Source: a virus
Taxonomy: Duplodnaviria; Heunggongvirae; Uroviricota; Caudoviricetes
DNA: 29,419 nucleotides
IMG/VR virus record: IMGVR_UViG_3300042341_001208
Reading direction: 5' to 3' (one strand)
Numbering within the stretch: the first letter of the stretch is position 1; the number at the start of each line of letters is the position of its first letter. This document shows, piece by piece, positions 24,501-29,419 of the stretch. The translations under genes were made by a program, and so were the position numbers. The notes beneath the pieces were generated by a model, which was not told where the DNA came from, did no database searches, and was given only the letters and a program-made list of their open reading frames with translations.

Positions 24501-26245
24501 ACGAAATAGAGTATTGTTTCCAAGATGCAGTTTCAGGTTGTAAATCATGTGATTCAGTAATAATTGACGTTATTAAATTACCTGAAATACAATTTGAATT
24601 TATACCTAGTCAATGTATTAACTTTCCTGAGTTAGATTTAAATAACTATGCTAAAGATAGAAACACAGATAAGTTTTTAGTAGATGGAATTTGGTCTACT
24701 GTTGAGTTTAGAAATTCAAGAGATAAATCAAATCCTACTATATCAAATGCTTTAAACAACTCAATAAAATTAAACAAATTCAACCCATCAGTTGCTGGAG
24801 CAGGACAGTATTTAATAAAATTATTTGATAATTCAAGTGGTTGTTTAGTTGAGGATAGTATAGAGGTAGTAGTTAATGGTTTACCTATTGTTAAAATAGA
24901 TTTGCCTGACACTATTTGTTCAAGTTTATCTACATTAGAATTAACAAGTATACAACCCGGAGGAAATGTAGGTAAATGGTCAGGTGAAGGAGTTGTTGGA
25001 AATGAATTTGATCCAAGTATTTCTCCTAAATCAAAACAATATGAAGGAAAATATAGAGTTAAATTTGAATATACAAACCCAATAACCAAATGTACAGATA
25101 CTACAGCAGATCTTATATTAATACAAACTCAACCACAGATTGATATACTAAATTCTAATCCATACCAACAATGTGAAGATAAACAATTTATATTAAATGG
25201 TGATAAAAAATGGGTTAAAGATATTATTTGGAAAACTAATGGTGATGGATCATTTGTAAGACAAGGTAATGATTTGATTCAACTATATAATTATGGAATC
25301 GGTGATACATCATTAGATGTTAGAAATGGTAGAGTTTTAATTACTTTGGAAAGTGTTGAAGAAGGTGTTTGTCCTTCAGCTAAAGATGATATTCAATTAA
25401 TTATAGAACCGTTACCACAATTTAATTTTATTGGTAATCCATTAATTCAGTGTGAACCAGGTAGAGTTGATTTTACTTCAATAGTTAGAAAACCATTAAG
25501 TAATATAAAATATGAATGGGAGTTTGGTAATAACGGTATATCAACCATAGCTAATCCAATTAATATTAAATATGATACTGCTAATAGAAATTGGTATGAT
25601 GTAACTTTAATAGTAACAAATGATTGGGGTGGAGGTGTTTGTCAGAGTGTATTAACAAAAGAAGATTATATAAAAATACTACCTGTACCTGATGCTCAGT
25701 TTATTAATGAACCTAATTTTACAACAGTAGCATTTCCTAAATTTAAATTTATCAATCAAACTCAGATTCGATGGGGATTAGATAGTGTTAAATACTTATG
25801 GTCTTTTGACTTTCCTGATACTGAAGACACTTCAACTCAAATCAATCCAATTAAAAATTATCTAGCAGACACTTCAGGATATTGGGTAAACTTAACTTCA
25901 AGTTTTACATATGAAGATGTTACTTGTTTAGATTCAACCTCAAATATACTAACTATAGGTCCTGATGTTATTGTTTTTGCTCCAACAGCGTTTAGTCCTG
26001 AAAGAACAGGACCTGATAGAAATAATAAATTCTACATTACAGTTAGCGGAGAAAAAACATTCGAAGCTATGTTGTTTAATAGATGGGGAGAAATTCTATG
26101 GAAAACTAAAGATAAAAATGAAGGTTGGGACGGTACCTACAAAAGAGAAGACTCACAACAAGACGTTTATGTTTGGAGAGTAAAGGTTTCTGCTTATGAT
26201 GGTAAAGTATATTATTACGAAGGAACGGTAACCCTACTAAGATAA
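21572..26245 (+). CDS. Large secreted Bacteroidota-type surface protein: SPI signal peptide, Cys-rich N-terminal domain, Ig-like/PKD repeats, gliding-motility-associated type-B T9SS C-terminal domain (CHU_C)
   Basis: Begins MKNLFKLLLLSLLLFLPAKASA|THMMGGDISYEC...YRDC. PKD segments include KYEWEFG..NP...Y and YLWSF..NP..Y. Ends VFAPTAFSP..PDRNNKF...LFNRWGE.LW....GWDGTY...DVYVW....EGTVTLLR. Confidence 0.92.
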   Translation: MKNLFKLLLLSLLLFLPAKASATHMMGGDISYECISPGKYKLFIKIYRDCRGISFNNPTISAYCVDGNGGITNNTPITYTRTAINDITPNCSSGTAPCNPENTTVTSEGIEEHVFEAIMDFNTDPFKALKDAGCCEIRIKVEQCCRNDAINTINPGNFFTDAMINICNIAKTKKKCNTSPQLSIPPVAYICCNQPFRYNNGVREVTDGDSLSYELSTPLSAHNTNENYAGGFNSQIPMTPYCPPNPGIINCRPLPNANPPRGIYFDKETGDIVFTPTKCDEVGVIVIQINEWRKDSTTNKWILIGFTRRDMQLIVKQCPDNNPPSFPDSKNKYSVCEGEKICFRIKTKDDPFLPNQTRADTTTLTWNNGIPGATFNIVNLNVREREAEFCWTTKIGDARPNPYSFTVTVKDDNCPKPASANRGYNITVAPRAVDTRKYTVLDCGKLKFTATPKDTVNYNPKNYRYKYVIRDSTNSGVPFFMTFNRTDSFKFKRGGKYIIEHEINNPPFNCPTIYSDTIIIPPVLDVELSFGKDTFICAGNSLTVEPIVAYGFAPYKFRWEVPVGTHNPADTLNKITITPTQTTRIALRLTDKNKCVDSDTILIKYIKNPIVDLGPDRRICTYDFATLDAQNADTLMYEWSSNGVTIIGSSTLVVNLYEKIFPSQKYSVKVLDSVYKCFDTDTIEVFVNDTVIALSGGDREICIFDTLKVTSKRKPLGYTRQITWRDIISGTTMATDSAFSLRISTLATRKYEMLLRVNQKGVICEDLDTFTLTVNPLPAFTPTILPPRCYQDGAINLNLANFATANNKTIPADSIRFFQTKTPSWITGGPVGRNTFVWNFPIYITNAQVPKAGLTDVISYDYRDKKGCYNRGSHSIRLNPNPVVKLRERSFCQKPYLPTNGSGNTSGSQYGESLVDLSVLIVSPFSRIGGIETFRCLSVPDGSGVNPDLIIFWDNSIPAKPLFDPGSPEEPQKTGKYEIEYCFQDAVSGCKSCDSVIIDVIKLPEIQFEFIPSQCINFPELDLNNYAKDRNTDKFLVDGIWSTVEFRNSRDKSNPTISNALNNSIKLNKFNPSVAGAGQYLIKLFDNSSGCLVEDSIEVVVNGLPIVKIDLPDTICSSLSTLELTSIQPGGNVGKWSGEGVVGNEFDPSISPKSKQYEGKYRVKFEYTNPITKCTDTTADLILIQTQPQIDILNSNPYQQCEDKQFILNGDKKWVKDIIWKTNGDGSFVRQGNDLIQLYNYGIGDTSLDVRNGRVLITLESVEEGVCPSAKDDIQLIIEPLPQFNFIGNPLIQCEPGRVDFTSIVRKPLSNIKYEWEFGNNGISTIANPINIKYDTANRNWYDVTLIVTNDWGGGVCQSVLTKEDYIKILPVPDAQFINEPNFTTVAFPKFKFINQTQIRWGLDSVKYLWSFDFPDTEDTSTQINPIKNYLADTSGYWVNLTSSFTYEDVTCLDSTSNILTIGPDVIVFAPTAFSPERTGPDRNNKFYITVSGEKTFEAMLFNRWGEILWKTKDKNEGWDGTYKREDSQQDVYVWRVKVSAYDGKVYYYEGTVTLLR

Positions 26246-26256
26246 TTTATTCTGAC

Positions 26257-26279
26257 GATATATAAGAGGGGAAACCCTC
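26257..26279 (+). promoter_or_regulatory. GATATATAA motif (putative late promoter) immediately followed by a GAGGG-GAAA-CCCTC GNRA hairpin
   Basis: Motif at 26257-26265 and hairpin at 26266-26279, in the 52-nt gap before the neck gene. Confidence 0.55.
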
Positions 26280-26297
26280 AATATATTGTTAGATTAA

Positions 26298-28853
26298 ATG
26301 ACATTTTATCCAGAAAATAGATTTCCTAAAGAAGGACAGCCAGTTTACAATGGTAACGGCGAACAGTACGACGTCTCGGACCCGAGATATGCGTATCAGG
26401 ATGGTCTTGCTAACACAGCAAAACCGGGACCTTCGAGCACAAATAATCTTTTTTCTACACCGGAAGGAGCTTTAGCGAGAGCTGCTCAGATAGGATGTAA
26501 TGGTTATCACACCAAAGGGGTTGCCGATCCCAATGGAGGAACTGCTTATTTCTATTCCCCTTGTGGTGACAATATCATTAATATTACAGGGGAAGAGTGG
26601 TTAGCTCTAAGACAAGAGCAAATAGATTCCGCCCTTAATTTTACCTATATTGGAAGTTACAGGGTTTTAAGCTGGGATAAACCATACACTAACGTTTCTT
26701 CTGTCAATGGATGGATAATTGATTCTGTTAACACCTCGACCAATCCTGTTGATCTCGATGCACAAGATATTGTGATTGATTTCAGATATAGCATAGACGG
26801 AGAAACCTGGTCTCTATGGACAAACGTTGGAACTGCTTTAACGGGAATATCCCAAAGCACAACTTCAAATGACAGAGCAATTCCTTTCTCAATTACTTTA
26901 GATCCAACTAATCCATTTTATCCGGAGTTTAGATTTACTTCTACAGCAAAGAATAACGACGGATCTATAGCATATTCAGGTAATGAACCAATTTCTCCTA
27001 CGATTGCGATTGTTAATTTTGATTTAGATCTAACCTATAATTCTGTTTACGATCCAACCAATGACATTATAAGAGCTCCAGTTCCAACCTGCTCGGAAGA
27101 AAAAAGTAATAGACCGGTAGTTTTTAATAACGACTGCGGAGTTATAACTTTCAATCCTTATGCAGTTAATACAGCTTTAAATCTTTATCAAGATCTAAGT
27201 CTTTCCGTTAATAAATTATTTGGATGGGAAGTTAATTACTATTCAGTCCAAGCACAATCCAGATCCAAAGACGTTGTTCTAAAAGAATACACTTTGTATG
27301 ATGTGGTTGATGAAAAGTGTGTTAAGGTAATGGTTCCAAATAACCAATTTCCCGACAACAAGATCAATTACGATCCGTTCGGACTTCAATTTGAAGAACC
27401 TTTTGAGATTCACATTGACAAGATTTATTTTGAATCTTTCTTTGGCAGAGGAGCACAACCTAGAAAAAGAGATATAATTTATTTTCCTCTAACTAATAGA
27501 ATTTACGAGATAAATTCCATGTATTTGTTCAGAGATTTTATGTATGCTCCGGTTTATTTTAAAATCGAGTTAAAAAAATATCAACCAAAATCAAATACCT
27601 ACTACAAGGACCCTGCTTACAAAGAGGAACTTGATGGTATTGCTTTAAATTCACAAACTCTATTTGGAGCTGAAATAAACGATCAAGAAAAACAATTGAC
27701 CAAACCTCAGCAGTACTCTACTAGCACTCAAGATAGATCACCAGATCCTATCAGATCATATTTATATTCCGGCTTACCAATCGTAGGATACGATTTAAAC
27801 AACAACTGGACAATAGTATTCAATCACTATTACGATATGGACGAAGCGTTTAGATATGACCCAGAGTTCATCTACGATCCAAATGAATATAGACAAGCAG
27901 TCAGATATAAGACCCTTCCTATTTTAACAGCAACTAGCGAGATAGCATACACTGCTTGGTTTACTATTAGAAATTATTTTGATCAATCCAAGCTTACTAA
28001 GAGAGCATACCCTTCACTTGCTATAAGTGTTGTTTCCTCTTCTGCTACTGAAATAATTTACACAACATATCCTTACAAACACAACCTTCAGAGATGGATA
28101 TCATATTCACAGAATCCAGAAGGTTATGTTTCTATTCTTGCCGATGCTAATCACACCGGTGGATTTAGAGTTAAAAATGTAATAGACGATTATCAATTCT
28201 CTGTTGCAAATCCAAATACTCCGATGGAATCCGACAGAAGTTCTTGGAGAATGCAAAAAGCACAAGCTAGAAATTTACTAGACGGTCTTTTCCTTGCTTC
28301 TAGCGGAGACGTAAAAGGAACAAGAATCGACATTATTCATTCCGGATCCGACGAGCCTTCAAATTCTAGTTATCTAGGAGTTGGAAGTATCGAGGTAGTT
28401 TTGAACGATTTGGTAATTAACTCTCCTCTCCAATTTAAAGCAATTTATGGGGAATGGTATGCTGTGGTGGTTAACGTTTCGAACAAATATAAACAAGTTG
28501 CTATTAATTTCTGGGAGATGTCTTATGATCCAACAAATCCACAGGATCAGTCGAGCAATCTGAAAAATATTCACGAGTATGTTAAATCTCTCTCTACAAC
28601 CTATACATTTGCAGCAGAACCTGATTTAAATCAAGATCTAAATTCTCCTTACTATGGAACTGATAACAATTCCTACAAGATTATTACATCTCCTTTATTA
28701 TTAAGTAATATAAGACTATTCAAACAAATGATAGATATAGATAAGCAATCTATAGTTCTGAACCAGTCTATTGTTAGAGATGCACAGCTTGCACACATTA
28801 TAGATAACGCACAGCCTAAACTTAAATTGCCTAAATTTGCTAACAGAAAGTAA
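26298..28853 (+). CDS. gp14: Neck/head-completion protein (T4 gp14-like core) with N- and C-terminal extra domains
   Basis: Core LFGWEVNYY...KDVVLKEY...FGLQFEEPFEIHI...F......QPRKRDIIYFPLTNRIYEIN...F.Y.PVYFKIELKKY follows the gp14 pattern. N-terminal A..RA.QIGC.GYH...Y.PC motif and a C-terminal LamG-like region. Confidence 0.7.
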   Translation: MTFYPENRFPKEGQPVYNGNGEQYDVSDPRYAYQDGLANTAKPGPSSTNNLFSTPEGALARAAQIGCNGYHTKGVADPNGGTAYFYSPCGDNIINITGEEWLALRQEQIDSALNFTYIGSYRVLSWDKPYTNVSSVNGWIIDSVNTSTNPVDLDAQDIVIDFRYSIDGETWSLWTNVGTALTGISQSTTSNDRAIPFSITLDPTNPFYPEFRFTSTAKNNDGSIAYSGNEPISPTIAIVNFDLDLTYNSVYDPTNDIIRAPVPTCSEEKSNRPVVFNNDCGVITFNPYAVNTALNLYQDLSLSVNKLFGWEVNYYSVQAQSRSKDVVLKEYTLYDVVDEKCVKVMVPNNQFPDNKINYDPFGLQFEEPFEIHIDKIYFESFFGRGAQPRKRDIIYFPLTNRIYEINSMYLFRDFMYAPVYFKIELKKYQPKSNTYYKDPAYKEELDGIALNSQTLFGAEINDQEKQLTKPQQYSTSTQDRSPDPIRSYLYSGLPIVGYDLNNNWTIVFNHYYDMDEAFRYDPEFIYDPNEYRQAVRYKTLPILTATSEIAYTAWFTIRNYFDQSKLTKRAYPSLAISVVSSSATEIIYTTYPYKHNLQRWISYSQNPEGYVSILADANHTGGFRVKNVIDDYQFSVANPNTPMESDRSSWRMQKAQARNLLDGLFLASSGDVKGTRIDIIHSGSDEPSNSSYLGVGSIEVVLNDLVINSPLQFKAIYGEWYAVVVNVSNKYKQVAINFWEMSYDPTNPQDQSSNLKNIHEYVKSLSTTYTFAAEPDLNQDLNSPYYGTDNNSYKIITSPLLLSNIRLFKQMIDIDKQSIVLNQSIVRDAQLAHIIDNAQPKLKLPKFANRK

Positions 28854-28873
28854 TTTCTTAAACATAAAAATAT

Positions 28874-29419
28874 ATGCCAAGAAGAAAACCAAAACCAGAA
28901 AAAGTTGTACAGGACAATATTAAAAATGCCCTTGACTCAATTTTAATGGAGGAAAATCTAGAATATGAAGGAGTTAATCCTTTGGACCTTCCTAGATTAA
29001 AAACAACAGACATTATGGACTTTGCTTCTGCGAAGTCGGACACGGGTGCGGATGCGAGAATGCTCATGGCTTCAATTGTTGATTTCTATTTAAAGGAGAA
29101 TCTAATTGAAAAAACGGACTATGTAGCTTACAAGCAAAAGATAGATGCAATGAATTTGTCTTCTATGATGCTTCAGCTTAGAACTGCTCAGCACGCTATT
29201 ACAAAACTTTTGGAAGAAATAGATCTAGGGAATGCTAACCCTAGAATGTTTGAAGTTTTAGCCCAATTGCAATCCCAGATAATGCAGATGCCGAAAGATT
29301 ATCAGCACTACATGAATAAAATGGAAGACAGCTACATCAGACTTAGAGCTGAGGGAGAACAAAAAGCCTATGCTGGAGCAATGCCAATGGATTACAATTC
29401 CCAAACTGGATCCCCTTCG
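28874..29419 (+). CDS. gp16: Terminase small subunit (T4 gp16-like), 5' part; runs off the window
   Basis: Open from the ATG at 28874 to the window end (MPRRKPKPEKVVQDNIK...). LEEIDLGNANPRMFEVLAQLQSQI matches the gp16 PR..EV...L motif. It follows the neck gene as in T4-like order. Not in the ORF track. Confidence 0.7.
   Translation, partial: MPRRKPKPEKVVQDNIKNALDSILMEENLEYEGVNPLDLPRLKTTDIMDFASAKSDTGADARMLMASIVDFYLKENLIEKTDYVAYKQKIDAMNLSSMMLQLRTAQHAITKLLEEIDLGNANPRMFEVLAQLQSQIMQMPKDYQHYMNKMEDSYIRLRAEGEQKAYAGAMPMDYNSQTGSPS

Noticed and set aside
170-29067. Short ORF-track entries antisense to or nested in long genes (e.g. 170-355, 866-1057, 1540-1728, 1844-2032, 2435-2653, 3498-3695, 8304-8540, 11630-11869, 14369-14623, 15734-16030, 21283-21660, 21757-22104, 24646-25089, 25965-26183, 28858-29067)
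   Set aside because: They overlap well-supported genes almost entirely and have the hydrophobic Phe/Ser/Ile-rich composition typical of shadow frames. The WTNW repeats in 11630-11869 are just the alternative frame of the collagen repeat.
1-29419. Stop-codon reassignment (TAG or TGA read-through, as in Lak/crAss-like phages)
   Set aside because: Conserved genes (uvsX, gp41, gp46, gp47, T9SS cargo) are full length in code 11. TAG ends genes at 1015, 21107 and 21525, and TGA is used in ATGA overlaps.
1-29419. Bacterial chromosome or eukaryotic giant virus (NCLDV) origin, suggested by the T9SS protein, sugar genes, vSET and collagen repeats
   Set aside because: The scaffold is T4-like (uvsX-41, 47-46, gp15, gp14, gp16) with bacterial-style coupled operons and intrinsic terminators.

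Overview
This is a segment of a large AT-rich, T4-like (myovirus-type) jumbo phage genome, read in the standard genetic code. The host is most likely a Bacteroidota: the phage carries a T9SS type-B CTD cargo protein, signal peptides with Gln at +1, D-(S/T)-hydrophobic glycosylation sequons and no obvious Shine-Dalgarno sites. In order, the window holds: (1) small accessory genes, two of them secreted, including a CAP-domain protein; (2) a convergent minus-strand gene for a probable virion-internal protein with a divergent OmpA-like domain; (3) a recombination/replication operon (uvsX, small ORF, gp41 helicase, gp33-like, gp47, gp46); (4) a tail/virion block (PKD protein, gp15-like, small ORF, Mtd_N-collagen mini-fibre); (5) a tightly coupled 10-gene, apparently all-cytoplasmic glycan synthesis/decoration operon led by a GT4 + TibC/AAH-type heptosyltransferase fusion; (6) a vSET-like lysine methyltransferase; (7) a 1557-aa host-type T9SS cargo adhesin; (8) an extended gp14-like neck protein and the start of a gp16-like small terminase. 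Three recurring upstream motifs sort with gene class and look like early, middle and late promoters. The best candidates for undescribed biology are a phage virion-glycosylation system beside Ser/Thr-rich virion proteins and phage use of the host type IX secretion system. All family calls come from motif recognition by eye; no database search was run.
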